DNA of 37,868 bases from positions 1 to 37,868 of the IMG/VR virus record IMGVR_UViG_3300037851_000958. One strand, written 5' to 3'. Below, in pieces: positions 7,813-16,788 of the stretch. The notes below the pieces were generated by a model. It was not told the DNA's origin and made no database searches. It was given only the letters and a program-made list of their open reading frames with translations. The position numbers were made by a program, and so were the translations under genes. Source of the stretch: a virus. Its lineage: Duplodnaviria > Caudoviricetes. Every line of letters starts with the position of its first letter. Positions within the stretch are counted from its first letter, which is position 1.

Positions 7813-8384
7813 ACGGAACGGTCGTGGATACTCGAGAGTGGTTGTCGAACAAGGCCAACATCAACCAGGTGAAGGCCATATTGGTGTACAAGCTTCGGCC
7901 CCCGAAACATGACGTGGAAGACCTGTCGCAGCATGTGATGTGCCGCATGTGCAGCAACGACTGCCTGTCCAAGTACGACGAGACCATGAGTTCCTTCAGG
8001 GCCTACCTGTATACGTGCGTGGTCAGGTTCGGGATGAACTTCTACAAGACCAAATGGGCCCGCACCGAACGCGGGGATGTCTCCGTGCGTTTGAACGAGG
8101 ACGTGATCTCCGAGGACTCTTGGGTGGAGTCTGTCGACAGGGCCATAGACATAGACCGCATGCACGCCATGATTGATAAGAAGATGTCTACACGCAGAGC
8201 CGGCATGGTCCATTTGTACCTCAATGGGATAAAGAAATCCGATATAGCGTCGAGCATGGGAGTGTCAAGGCAGGCAGTGGAACTCGCCGTGGGTACGTTC
8301 TTCGAGCGCATCGGGATGGCAAAGCCACAGTTTCGCGGCCCCGGTAAGAAGGGGAGCAAGCATGTCAAAGCCCAAGGGATATGA
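7809..8384 (+). CDS. ECF-type RNA polymerase sigma factor
   Basis: Region 2 DVEDLSQ...YDETMSSFRAYLY and region 4 YLNGIKKSDIASSMGVSRQAV; ATGA coupling. Confidence 0.8.
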   Translation: MNGTVVDTREWLSNKANINQVKAILVYKLRPPKHDVEDLSQHVMCRMCSNDCLSKYDETMSSFRAYLYTCVVRFGMNFYKTKWARTERGDVSVRLNEDVISEDSWVESVDRAIDIDRMHAMIDKKMSTRRAGMVHLYLNGIKKSDIASSMGVSRQAVELAVGTFFERIGMAKPQFRGPGKKGSKHVKAQGI

Positions 8385-8706
8385 TGAAATAACCTTTCGG
8401 ATGGGCGGCCGGGATTGGACGCTCAGGTTCCGTGCCATGAAGCACAACGATGGTTTGACCACGTTCGGGAAGAACATCATCGAGATAGACCAGAAACTGA
8501 TCGGGTCGGAACTCAGGGATGTGGTGGTGCATGAATTGTTCGAGGCGGCGTCCTATGAGTTGGGGTGCCTGTACACCCGCGGCTACCCGGACTCGAGGGA
8601 CTGTTACCATCTGACCCATACCGAGATGTCACAGGCCATGACCATGGTGAGGGCGGCCTATGATGATCTCATACCGGCCCTGGGGGCCAAAGCGAGGGAT
8701 GTATGA
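8362..8706 (+). CDS. small zincin-like protein (HExxE variant)
   Basis: DGLTTFGKNIIEID...VVVHELFEA, the layout of small phage metallopeptidase-like proteins. Confidence 0.6.
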   Translation: MSKPKGYDEITFRMGGRDWTLRFRAMKHNDGLTTFGKNIIEIDQKLIGSELRDVVVHELFEAASYELGCLYTRGYPDSRDCYHLTHTEMSQAMTMVRAAYDDLIPALGAKARDV

Positions 8707-8837
8707 GTAAGTATTCGGTTGGTGATGTAGTAGAGTTGGTTAGCGGTATCGAAGGATGCATGATTAGCTCACGTACCATGTGTACGAGGAGTCTGGGTAC
8801 CGTCCCTCATGGGGCGGTACTTGCCATGATAACCTGA
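8703..8837 (+). CDS. small hypothetical protein (44 aa) or gene remnant
   Basis: ATGA-coupled ORF MSKYSVGDVVELVSG..., below the track cutoff; SH3/KOW-like start. Confidence 0.4.
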   Translation: MSKYSVGDVVELVSGIEGCMISSRTMCTRSLGTVPHGAVLAMIT

Positions 8838-8954
8838 AAGGACATGGCAATGTCAGCAAAACCAAAAGCAGTAGCACCAAGGATCTGGGCGAAGTTTACA
8901 TCGTTTTAAGTTGTCTGTCTGTCTGTACAGTTGTGTACCAATGCAAGAGGTACC

Positions 8955-10361
8955 ATGATCGAATCCGAATGCCTATTCGAGAAGGAAGATCCTACATCAG
9001 GTCAGCGCCTTATCCTGGGCGACTGCCTTGATGTCCTGAAGTCCATGGACGCCAATACTTTTACGGCCGTCGTCACCGACCCGCCTGCAGGTATAGCTTT
9101 CATGGGCAAAGAGTGGGACAAGGACAAGGGCGGGCGTGACGCATGGATCGCGTGGATGACAGGTGTGGCCAAGGAATGCTTACGGGTATGCAAGCCTGGC
9201 GCTCATGCCTTGGTGTGGGGGCTTCCGCGGACATCACATTGGACGGCTACGGCGTGGGAAGATGCGGGGTGGGAAGTAAGGGACAGGGTAGCATTCGCCT
9301 TCGGCTCAGGGTTTCCGAAGAGCGCGGCCATTGACAAGCACATTGATAAGAAGGCCGGTGCGGTGAGAGAAGTGGTAGGTAAAGCAATTCTACCTACTCT
9401 ACCTGCTGGTGCTGACGGCGGATTGTGGCAAGGTATGGGACAACCACCACATGAGACATGTGTCACCGCCCCCTCTACGCCTGACGCCAAGACATGGGCC
9501 GGGTACGGGACAGCGCTCAAGCCTGCCGTGGAAGACTGGTGGCTACTTCGCAAGCCGATAGAGAAGGGCCTGTCCATCGCAGAGAATTGCGTGAAGCATG
9601 GGACAGGGGCTCTGGCGATAGATAACTCAAGAGTGGACACGAAAGACACGATAATACAAAGTGGTGATACGGTTAATATCGCCAGGGGCGCCTGCCACGA
9701 AGGATACGATAGGCCAAATGCTACAATGTTTAGGACAGGAAAACCAAAAGAGCGCGGTGGCCCTGCCCACCCTTCTGGGCGCTTTCCTGCCAACTTGGCT
9801 CATGACTCATCGCCGGAAGTGCTGGCTGAGTTCGCCAAGGCTGGTGCAAGGCCGCCTACTAAACCTCATCCCGCCTATAACAAATATTTGGATCCAAGCA
9901 AAAAAAGTTGGCGTTTCAAAAGTATGGAATCTAAAATATCAGACATCGGCGGAAGCGTGGCGCGTTTCTTCACCTCATGCCCCGCAGAGTCCGGGGACTA
10001 TCCGCCATTCCTGTATGGCGCCAAGGCCGGACGGAAAGAGAAAGAGAAGGGGCTGACAGAGCCAAAGTGCATGACATACTGGGATGATACACACCACGAC
10101 AACAACCTTGCTTCACCGAATAGATACGTGAGAGAGCAGAAAGCAATCGCCTGCAGCCATCCTACCGTGAAGTCCCTGTCCCTCATGCGCTGGCTCTGTG
10201 GCCTTGTAAAGATGCCTGAGTATAACCTGATACTGGATCCCTTCGCGGGGACGGGGACGACGCTTATCGCCTGCAAGCAACTCGGCATGGACGCCGTCGG
10301 CATCGAGCAGTCACCTGAATATGTTCGTATCGCAAACCTTAGAATAAGGGCGTGGAAATGA
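8955..10361 (+). CDS. orphan N6-adenine/N4-cytosine DNA methyltransferase, beta class
   Basis: GDCLDVL...VTDPPAG (motif IV) N-terminal; HPTVKS and ILDPFAGTGTT (motif I) C-terminal; no cognate endonuclease nearby. Confidence 0.9.
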   Translation: MIESECLFEKEDPTSGQRLILGDCLDVLKSMDANTFTAVVTDPPAGIAFMGKEWDKDKGGRDAWIAWMTGVAKECLRVCKPGAHALVWGLPRTSHWTATAWEDAGWEVRDRVAFAFGSGFPKSAAIDKHIDKKAGAVREVVGKAILPTLPAGADGGLWQGMGQPPHETCVTAPSTPDAKTWAGYGTALKPAVEDWWLLRKPIEKGLSIAENCVKHGTGALAIDNSRVDTKDTIIQSGDTVNIARGACHEGYDRPNATMFRTGKPKERGGPAHPSGRFPANLAHDSSPEVLAEFAKAGARPPTKPHPAYNKYLDPSKKSWRFKSMESKISDIGGSVARFFTSCPAESGDYPPFLYGAKAGRKEKEKGLTEPKCMTYWDDTHHDNNLASPNRYVREQKAIACSHPTVKSLSLMRWLCGLVKMPEYNLILDPFAGTGTTLIACKQLGMDAVGIEQSPEYVRIANLRIRAWK

Positions 10362-10534
10362 GTAGCCGTAAAATCGAAATACAGGTGAAGTTCCCGAAGG
10401 ATGTAGTCGCCAAGGTCATGGAGAAGAATGGCAAACCCGGGCTGTGCATCGAGGGGGACCCGGAAGAGGTCGTGAAGTACTTGATGGACTTCCTCAACAT
10501 AGCCACGGTCTTCTGCCCGGGGTCCCATAAATAA
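10358..10534 (+). CDS. hypothetical protein (58 aa)
   Basis: ATGA overlap with the MTase stop. Confidence 0.6.
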   Translation: MSSRKIEIQVKFPKDVVAKVMEKNGKPGLCIEGDPEEVVKYLMDFLNIATVFCPGSHK

Positions 10535-10619
10535 AGCGTTGATATTGATTACCATCTACGGATGACCGGCGCCCCTGGCCATCCAAGCGACCCTGGAGGT
10601 CACAGCGTCCCAGGAGGAC
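10530..10619 (+). promoter_or_regulatory. late-leader cassette copy 1 (putative late promoter plus two CWGGA-loop hairpins)
   Basis: 10530-10561 matches 14627-14658 at 24/32 positions without gaps; hairpins GACC-CTGGA-GGTC (10589-601) and GTCC-CAGGA-GGAC (10607-19). Confidence 0.7.
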
Positions 10620-10623
10620 ACGT

Positions 10624-11124
10624 ATGCTTACCGGACGATCCGCAAAGTTCGCCGAGTACTATCTGCAGTCTTACAATGCCCTCGATGCGTACAAGAAGGC
10701 CGGCTACGCACCTGGTTCAGCGAAGCACAACGCTTGGACCCTCCTCAAGCGTCCGGCGATCATGGAGGCCATAAAGGCCGCTGAAGCCGAGCGCCGCCAA
10801 CAGTACGGTGATATCCTCTCTCGTAACATAGAAGAACTCACCCGGATCGCCTACAGCAATTCAGACGATGTTTTTGATGTCAAAAACGGGCAAATCAACG
10901 TAAAGGACGGGTACGACCCGCGCTTGGTTGAATCGGTTCAGGAAGGCAAGGCAGGCCTGAGGATTAAGCTCCATTCGAAGCTCGCCGCCATAGAACAACT
11001 GAACAAGCTGATGGGCGGCTACACAGAACGCGTGGACCTGACCACCGGAGGGGAGACCATTACCGGTCCGACCAAGATAATATACGAAATTCAACCGCAA
11101 CCGGAGAAGAAGGATGGCGCATGA
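10624..11124 (+). CDS. terS: terminase small subunit
   Basis: KFAEYYLQSYNALDAYKKAGY...AWTLLKRPAI HTH, EELTRIAYS, KLHSKLAAIEQL (Terminase_2-like); upstream of terL. Confidence 0.9.
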   Translation: MLTGRSAKFAEYYLQSYNALDAYKKAGYAPGSAKHNAWTLLKRPAIMEAIKAAEAERRQQYGDILSRNIEELTRIAYSNSDDVFDVKNGQINVKDGYDPRLVESVQEGKAGLRIKLHSKLAAIEQLNKLMGGYTERVDLTTGGETITGPTKIIYEIQPQPEKKDGA

Positions 11125-11440
11125 TTGCTTGATACTTCCGTGCGGCAACGACCCCGATCGCTTGAAGGGCGCCGCCATGGCGGCGTTCACCGAGGAATTG
11201 GACAGGCTCGTGCAGTACATGAGCAGAGAGGATCTCGGTCTCCCGGCCGGCGAGGAGGAACGTTACCTGTGGGTACGGGAATGCAGCAAGACCATGAACG
11301 CAATCCAGAAGGCGGCCTACGACGCGGCGTGGGAGGTCTATTTGGAGGTGATGGGGTCTCAGGACGCCATGACTCTTGTAGACGAACTCAAGGAAAGGAT
11401 GCCGAAACATGCCGTTGATGACGTGCACCAGAAGGGGTAA
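11114..11440 (+). CDS. hypothetical protein (108 aa)
   Basis: Overlapping ORF in the packaging operon. Confidence 0.6.
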   Translation: MAHDCLILPCGNDPDRLKGAAMAAFTEELDRLVQYMSREDLGLPAGEEERYLWVRECSKTMNAIQKAAYDAAWEVYLEVMGSQDAMTLVDELKERMPKHAVDDVHQKG

Positions 11441-11594
11441 GCGCGGCTGGAAATTCGGCGCGAACGGTCATTGCTACGTAGGTCCGGGCGCCAAGGAGAA
11501 GGCACAGGCGCAGGCCGTGGCCATAGCGCATGCCAGATCCCGCAGGTCGCACGGGCGGCAAAGGGTCTCGGAATACCTGCACGGAGAAGGATAG
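11409..11594 (+). CDS. small basic phage protein (61 aa)
   Basis: GKRGWKFGANGHCYVGPGAKEKAQAQAVAI, a pattern I recall from small head-region phage proteins; ends 1 nt before terL. Confidence 0.6.
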   Translation: MPLMTCTRRGKRGWKFGANGHCYVGPGAKEKAQAQAVAIAHARSRRSHGRQRVSEYLHGEG

Positions 11595-11595
11595 A

Positions 11596-12795
11596 GTGTC
11601 AAAGGATGCACGGATAAAGCTGCTCCCGAAGCAGGGGCAGTTCTTGCAGTCCACGGCCAAGGGCACCATTTATCGTGGCGGCCTTGGATCCGGGAAGACG
11701 CGCATCCTGTGTTACAAGGCGATCGAGAACGCGCTCATACGAGGGCGCAGGGAGTGTATCGTGGCGGCTACCTATCGCATACTGGCGGACGTGGTTCTCA
11801 ATACCATGCTCTCCTGCCTGCCCCTCTACGGATGCCTCCCCAGCCAGAATTGCTACGTGAATCGCACGGATATGCGGGTCTCGTTCCCGGGGAGGGGGGA
11901 GATACTTCTCAGGTCCGGAGACAATCCTGATGCCCTTCGTGGCTTGAACCTGCACGACTTCTTCGTGGACGAGGCGAGGCTGTTTGAAGATTCCACGTTA
12001 TTTGAGGTCATGCTCGGACGTCTCCGCAACAGTGACGACTGCCAATGGTACATATGTTCATCCCCGTGCGGTAAGGACTGGGTCTGGAAGCTATCATCGA
12101 ATGCCGACGTCCTCCTCATCGTCCAGAAAACGGCGGAGAACACGTTCCTGCCGTCAGGCTACATAGAGTCCATGCGAGCGCAGTACACCTCCCGGTTCGC
12201 GGCACAGGAACTCGACGCCGAGATCGTGGAGATACACGGCGGCGTGATCGACCCGTCAAAGTTCGTGGTCGTACCGTACATCCACCCCTCCGGCGGATGC
12301 CGGTTCTGGGACCTGGCCGTGAGCGAGAAGAAGTCCGCAGACTGGTCCGTGGGGGCCTTGTGCCTGTTTTCAGGGGCGAACTTCTGTGTCGCGGACGTAG
12401 TGCGCCGCCAGCTTATCTATCCAAAACTCAAGGAGTTGATAGTAGCCACGGCCGTATCGGACGGGACCGATATCGTCATAGGGGTAGAGCAGGCCGGACA
12501 GCAGCAGGCCATCATCGACGACCTGAGGGTGGACCAGAGACTCAGGATGCATACCATAAAGGCCATGAAGCCCCGCGGGGATAAGCTTGCCCGGGCGATG
12601 CCGTGGGCGTCGCAGGCGGAATTGGGGAGGATGTCCGTCATGGATGGGCCATGGCTACAGGAGTTCAAGGACGAGTGTGCCGCCTTCACCGGCGACAACA
12701 CGCACAAGTATGACGACCAGATAGATGCAGTTTCAGGTTCTTACGCGGTATTATCTCATAAGGGCAATGCGGCCTACGTGTCGCTGCCTGTGTAA
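11596..12795 (+). CDS. terL: terminase large subunit
   Basis: Walker A GGLGSGKT, LRGLNLHDFFVDEA (Walker B), nuclease RFWDLA...DWSVG...YDDQIDA; GTG start after AAGGA. Confidence 0.95.
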   Translation: MSKDARIKLLPKQGQFLQSTAKGTIYRGGLGSGKTRILCYKAIENALIRGRRECIVAATYRILADVVLNTMLSCLPLYGCLPSQNCYVNRTDMRVSFPGRGEILLRSGDNPDALRGLNLHDFFVDEARLFEDSTLFEVMLGRLRNSDDCQWYICSSPCGKDWVWKLSSNADVLLIVQKTAENTFLPSGYIESMRAQYTSRFAAQELDAEIVEIHGGVIDPSKFVVVPYIHPSGGCRFWDLAVSEKKSADWSVGALCLFSGANFCVADVVRRQLIYPKLKELIVATAVSDGTDIVIGVEQAGQQQAIIDDLRVDQRLRMHTIKAMKPRGDKLARAMPWASQAELGRMSVMDGPWLQEFKDECAAFTGDNTHKYDDQIDAVSGSYAVLSHKGNAAYVSLPV

Positions 12796-12809
12796 AGAGG
12801 AGGAGTGAT

Positions 12810-14363
12810 ATGGCTGACCAAAGCGACATCATAACCGTCAAAGAAAAGCTTGGGGTGAATCCTTTGCAGGGCGGCACGAAGATATACCCGTCCGATCCAA
12901 GCAGGTCGTATACCTACGACTTCGTGGATCCCAAGTCCGTGAGTCCGTACAAACTGATGGACGACTGCTACTTCGGGGACGGAGACGTCAAGAGCGGCAA
13001 GTACCTGGTGCCGTTCAACAGGGAGTACCATTACATGGAGCGCCGGACGATAGCGGCGTACAAGAACTTCGTGAAGCCCATCATCCGTGCCCTTATCGAC
13101 CCCGTGTTCTCGGAGGAGGCCCCCAGGGTCATCACGGACGAGGCCGGCAACGAGACCGACAACCTGATGGCCAACACGTTCATCGAGGACGTCGACAACG
13201 ATGGCACCCCCATGCAGGAGTACACGGAGGATATCGTGGAAACCGCACGGCGTCACGGGGTCTGTTTCTGCTTGATCGACAACTTCTCCGCCGAGGAACA
13301 GCCGGCAACGGCACAGCAGGCCATAGACTCCCGCATCATGCCCTACACGGTGAAAAAGACCGCGGAAGAGGTGGTGGCATGGCATTGTGACGAGTTCGGG
13401 AAACTCGAGGATATCATGTTCGCGGAGACGGCCGTACTGCGTGAAGGCACCTATCACCGTCGTGCCATGAAGTGGACCACCGAGTACTCTGTACTCATGG
13501 AGGAACAGACAAAGAACATAGACGGGGTGTCAAGGCTCGAGTGGGTCGAGGTCGGCACACCAGTGGTCCACGGCCTTGGAGTCATACCTGTTGTGCAGGT
13601 GTATGCCGTCAGAAAACGCTCAAAGGACGCCATTTTGGTGTTACCGCCCATGTACGACATAGCCATGCTGAACCTCGTTATATGGAACCTCGATTCTGAA
13701 ATCAGGGATCTGCAGAGAAGTTCAGGCTTCTCTTTGCTGGTAATACAGACCGACAACGTGGCCTCCGTAACCGTGGGACCGAAGAACGCGTTGGTCATAC
13801 CCATGGATGCCACCATCGCCCCGACTTATATAAGCCCGGACCCGAGCATCATGGCCGGGTTGGTCGAGGCGAATAAGGCCAACCGAGAAGACCTGTTCAG
13901 GATGGCCGAACAGCAGGGCGTCTATGGTGTGCGCTCTGAAAGTTCAGGCGTATCAATGGCTTACAGGTTCTATGGGCAGGAGACCCAGCTCAAGAAGACC
14001 TCCCGTATGGCCACGGTCTTCGAGAACTCCGTCATGGATTTGTTCAAGCTGTGGACGGGTGAGGAGTTCACGTACACGGTACAGTATCCTGAAGATTTCC
14101 AACCCGGTGATACGGGGGCAGAGGTGGACGTCTACGACAAGGCCTTGGGAATGAGTCCGCCGAAGAAGATGCGCCAGAAGGTGTTCGAAAAGTTGGCACG
14201 CCTGCTGTTCGCCGACGAGGATGCGGAGGAGGTCCAGAAGATAGTGGATGACATATACGCCGAGGAACAGGCCCAGCCGGCCGCCCCGGCACAGCCCGCC
14301 CCGGACAGGGAGGAGGAGGACGACGAAGATGAAGATGGAGATACTGGGCAATCTGCAGAATAG
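12810..14363 (+). CDS. portal protein
   Basis: 517 aa directly after terL; YKNFVKPII, ESSGVSMAYRF, YPEDF and an acidic tail; GAGGAG RBS. Confidence 0.88.
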   Translation: MADQSDIITVKEKLGVNPLQGGTKIYPSDPSRSYTYDFVDPKSVSPYKLMDDCYFGDGDVKSGKYLVPFNREYHYMERRTIAAYKNFVKPIIRALIDPVFSEEAPRVITDEAGNETDNLMANTFIEDVDNDGTPMQEYTEDIVETARRHGVCFCLIDNFSAEEQPATAQQAIDSRIMPYTVKKTAEEVVAWHCDEFGKLEDIMFAETAVLREGTYHRRAMKWTTEYSVLMEEQTKNIDGVSRLEWVEVGTPVVHGLGVIPVVQVYAVRKRSKDAILVLPPMYDIAMLNLVIWNLDSEIRDLQRSSGFSLLVIQTDNVASVTVGPKNALVIPMDATIAPTYISPDPSIMAGLVEANKANREDLFRMAEQQGVYGVRSESSGVSMAYRFYGQETQLKKTSRMATVFENSVMDLFKLWTGEEFTYTVQYPEDFQPGDTGAEVDVYDKALGMSPPKKMRQKVFEKLARLLFADEDAEEVQKIVDDIYAEEQAQPAAPAQPAPDREEEDDEDEDGDTGQSAE

Positions 14364-14628
14364 CATTTCCGGCGTGATGCTGGTGTACAGCGGAGAGCGC
14401 GTAGGCTATATCCAGATATCGGATGTGCCAGTGAAGGATCCGTATGGGGTGGATTCCTTCATTGAGTTGGTGCCTGGGGGACAGGCCATTTTTCAAATCA
14501 GCGAGGCATTGCTAACCAGCCTGCGCGAGGGGTGTTTGTCGTGTTACACCGGACCCGGGGACGGGTTCATAAAACATTGGGAGGATGACAACCCGCCTAT
14601 CAAGGCGTATCTTCTTTTGAGGCTTTAA
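14329..14628 (+). CDS. hypothetical protein (~99 aa)
   Basis: GGAGGAGG upstream; lies between portal and scaffold. Confidence 0.55.
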   Translation: MKMEILGNLQNSISGVMLVYSGERVGYIQISDVPVKDPYGVDSFIELVPGGQAIFQISEALLTSLREGCLSCYTGPGDGFIKHWEDDNPPIKAYLLLRL

Positions 14629-14704
14629 TACATCGTTCATAGTCATTTCCATTCACGGGGATACGTCCCCACAGCGCCCCTGGAGGGCAGAGACCCTGGA
14701 GGTC
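14627..14704 (+). promoter_or_regulatory. late-leader cassette copy 2 (putative late promoter, UACG hairpin, two CUGGA-loop hairpins)
   Basis: Homologous to 10530-10619; GGGGA-TACG-TCCCC (14657-70), GCCC-CTGGA-GGGC (14676-88), GACC-CTGGA-GGTC (14692-704). Confidence 0.7.
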
Positions 14705-14707
14705 AAT

Positions 14708-15484
14708 ATGTCGATTCAATCGTTGGAGGACCTGAAAGTCGCTTTGGAAAAGAACGAGAACGGGAGTGATATCCTGGCGTTCGTGGAGCAGGCGATCGGG
14801 ACCGAAAGGCAGAGAGGGGAGACGGAGAAGTCGCAGGCCAACTCCGAGGCCAGGAACCGCAGGGAGCAGGTCAAGAAGTTGAAGGCCGTTCTTGCGAAAC
14901 TTGGCTACCAGGAAGGCGAGGACGTCGACACGTTCGCGGAGACACTTTCCGAGAAGCTTGGAAGCGCCCATCAAGGCGTGACACCGTCCGGGGAGGAAAG
15001 CGACGTGGCGAAGGAACTCGCGAAGCTCAGGCGGGACTTCGACAAGACCCGCAAGGAACTGGAAAAGGAGCGGCAGGCATCATCCGAGATTAAGGCGAAG
15101 GCGGCGCAGAAGACCATCAGGTCCAAGCTCGCAGACGCCCTCCGGGACAAGGTCCTGGCCCACGACCTGCTTGCAGACAGCCTCATCAGCAAGGGGCAGG
15201 TGAAGCTGGACGACGATGATGAGTCGGTGGTGTTCATAGATGGTGAGGATACGGTGGACTTTGACACAGGAGTGAAGAAATTGCTCGAATCGAGGTCCGA
15301 TATCCTCCGCAACCAACAGACGCCCGGGTCAAGGACCACGGCACGGAATGCCGGACCTACCGGGGCAAAGTACAGTCGTCAGCAACTCGAATCGATGAGT
15401 CAGGCTGAAATAGCGGCAGACCGCCAGGGGGTGTATGCCTCTTGGAATGCGATACGAGCGGCAGAGGCGGTACCAACAACGTAA
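14708..15484 (+). CDS. capsid scaffolding protein
   Basis: Charged coiled coil (ANSEARNRR, ELAKLRRDFDK), C-terminal SRQQLESMSQAEI; directly upstream of the MCP. Confidence 0.85.
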   Translation: MSIQSLEDLKVALEKNENGSDILAFVEQAIGTERQRGETEKSQANSEARNRREQVKKLKAVLAKLGYQEGEDVDTFAETLSEKLGSAHQGVTPSGEESDVAKELAKLRRDFDKTRKELEKERQASSEIKAKAAQKTIRSKLADALRDKVLAHDLLADSLISKGQVKLDDDDESVVFIDGEDTVDFDTGVKKLLESRSDILRNQQTPGSRTTARNAGPTGAKYSRQQLESMSQAEIAADRQGVYASWNAIRAAEAVPTT

Positions 15485-15499
15485 CGAGAGGATTCAGCA

Positions 15500-16342
15500 A
15501 TGGCAGCCAATTTCATTCCTAACCTGCTTGCCGACATGATTTTCCAGGCGAACAGGAAGCGCACGGTCTTCGCGAGTTTGACCAACGGCGACGTCGCCCA
15601 GACCAGCACCATCCTTCAGGCCGGAGACCGGGTCAAGGTATCTCAGTTCGCGGACGTGACCGTGAACACATATACGAAGGGTCAGGATATCACGTGGGAG
15701 AGCCTGGACGATGCGTCTCAGGAACTCGTCATCGACCATCTCAAATATTTTGCCGTCAGGTTCGATGAAGTGGACCTCAAGCAGATGGCGATTGACCCGA
15801 TGGCCGCGATCGCCGACAACGCGTCCTACAAGACGGCCGACGCTCTTGACCAGTACATCGCTGCGCTGTACTCCAGCGCCGGCGTGAAGACCGGTCTGGG
15901 CACCACGGCATCGCCCATCTCCATTTCCAGCTCCAATATCAAGACGTACCTCAACCTCATCGGACAGCGTCTGTCTGAGGCGAATGCCCCGACGGATGGC
16001 CGTTGGCTCGTCTGCCCGCCCTCGATGGCCCACCTGATTTCGGACCTCGTGGCGAGCGTGGCAACCAACATGCCTGCGGAGGGTGTGGTGAACAACGGCC
16101 GTGTGGCTCGTGCCTACGGGTTCGACATCTACGAGTCGAACAACGTGGCGACCTCCTCGACGAAGTACTTCGTCATGGCGGGAACCAAGCGCGCCATTTC
16201 CTTGGTGCAGCAGATCAACAGCGTTCAGGAAACCTCCCTGCTCCCGACGAAGATAGGTCGGGGTTTGGTGGGTCTGCATGTCGCCGGTGCTAAGGTCATC
16301 CGTCCGTACGACCTCGCCTGCCTGACCTGCACGATTTCCTAA
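15500..16342 (+). CDS. major capsid protein (HK97 fold, P22-coat-like)
   Basis: NFIPNLLA, GDRVKVSQF, LVIDHLKYFAVRFDEVD, GFDIYESNNV, GAKVIRP. Confidence 0.92.
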   Translation: MAANFIPNLLADMIFQANRKRTVFASLTNGDVAQTSTILQAGDRVKVSQFADVTVNTYTKGQDITWESLDDASQELVIDHLKYFAVRFDEVDLKQMAIDPMAAIADNASYKTADALDQYIAALYSSAGVKTGLGTTASPISISSSNIKTYLNLIGQRLSEANAPTDGRWLVCPPSMAHLISDLVASVATNMPAEGVVNNGRVARAYGFDIYESNNVATSSTKYFVMAGTKRAISLVQQINSVQETSLLPTKIGRGLVGLHVAGAKVIRPYDLACLTCTIS

Positions 16343-16358
16343 CCAGCAGTAACCAACC

Positions 16359-16378
16359 GGGGGAGGGCAACCTCCCCC
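16359..16378 (+). terminator. GC-rich hairpin after the MCP (attenuator or mRNA stabiliser)
   Basis: GGGGGAGG-GCAA-CCTCCCCC (GNRA loop); no U tract. Confidence 0.5.
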
Positions 16379-16399
16379 TGAACAGTACAGGAGAGTAAC

Positions 16400-16750
16400 A
16401 TGGCAAGAACTTCCATCACAGTGACCAGCGCGGTGAGCAACAGCAACGCTGCCATCACTTCCACAATCATGGCCGGCGCCACGGGAGCATCAGGGTTCGC
16501 AGTGGACGTCGGAGGTGCCGACCAGCGCCTTGTCATCCGTCTGTCGAAGGACGCGGGTGCCACGGGTGCCATCGACTTCATCGCAGGTGACTACGACAGT
16601 GCCGGTATCGGCAAGTTGTCGGTCACGGTCTCCGATACGAGCAAGGAAGTTATCCTGCTTGAGGGAAGCCGTTTCCGCAACATGTCAACCGGTGACGTCT
16701 ACATCGACTGCGGTGTGACCGGCACCATCGAGGCGTACAAGCTTCCGTAA
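16400..16750 (+). CDS. putative capsid decoration/minor head protein
   Basis: Small beta-rich protein after the MCP, bracketed by hairpins; contains three GxTG motifs. Confidence 0.65.
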   Translation: MARTSITVTSAVSNSNAAITSTIMAGATGASGFAVDVGGADQRLVIRLSKDAGATGAIDFIAGDYDSAGIGKLSVTVSDTSKEVILLEGSRFRNMSTGDVYIDCGVTGTIEAYKLP

Positions 16751-16758
16751 GGGAAGGC

Positions 16759-16781
16759 GAGGGGGCCGGATAGGCCCCCTC
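16759..16781 (+). terminator. GC-rich hairpin after the head genes
   Basis: GAGGGGGCC-GGATA-GGCCCCCTC; no U tract. Confidence 0.5.
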
Positions 16782-16788
16782 AAGCCAT

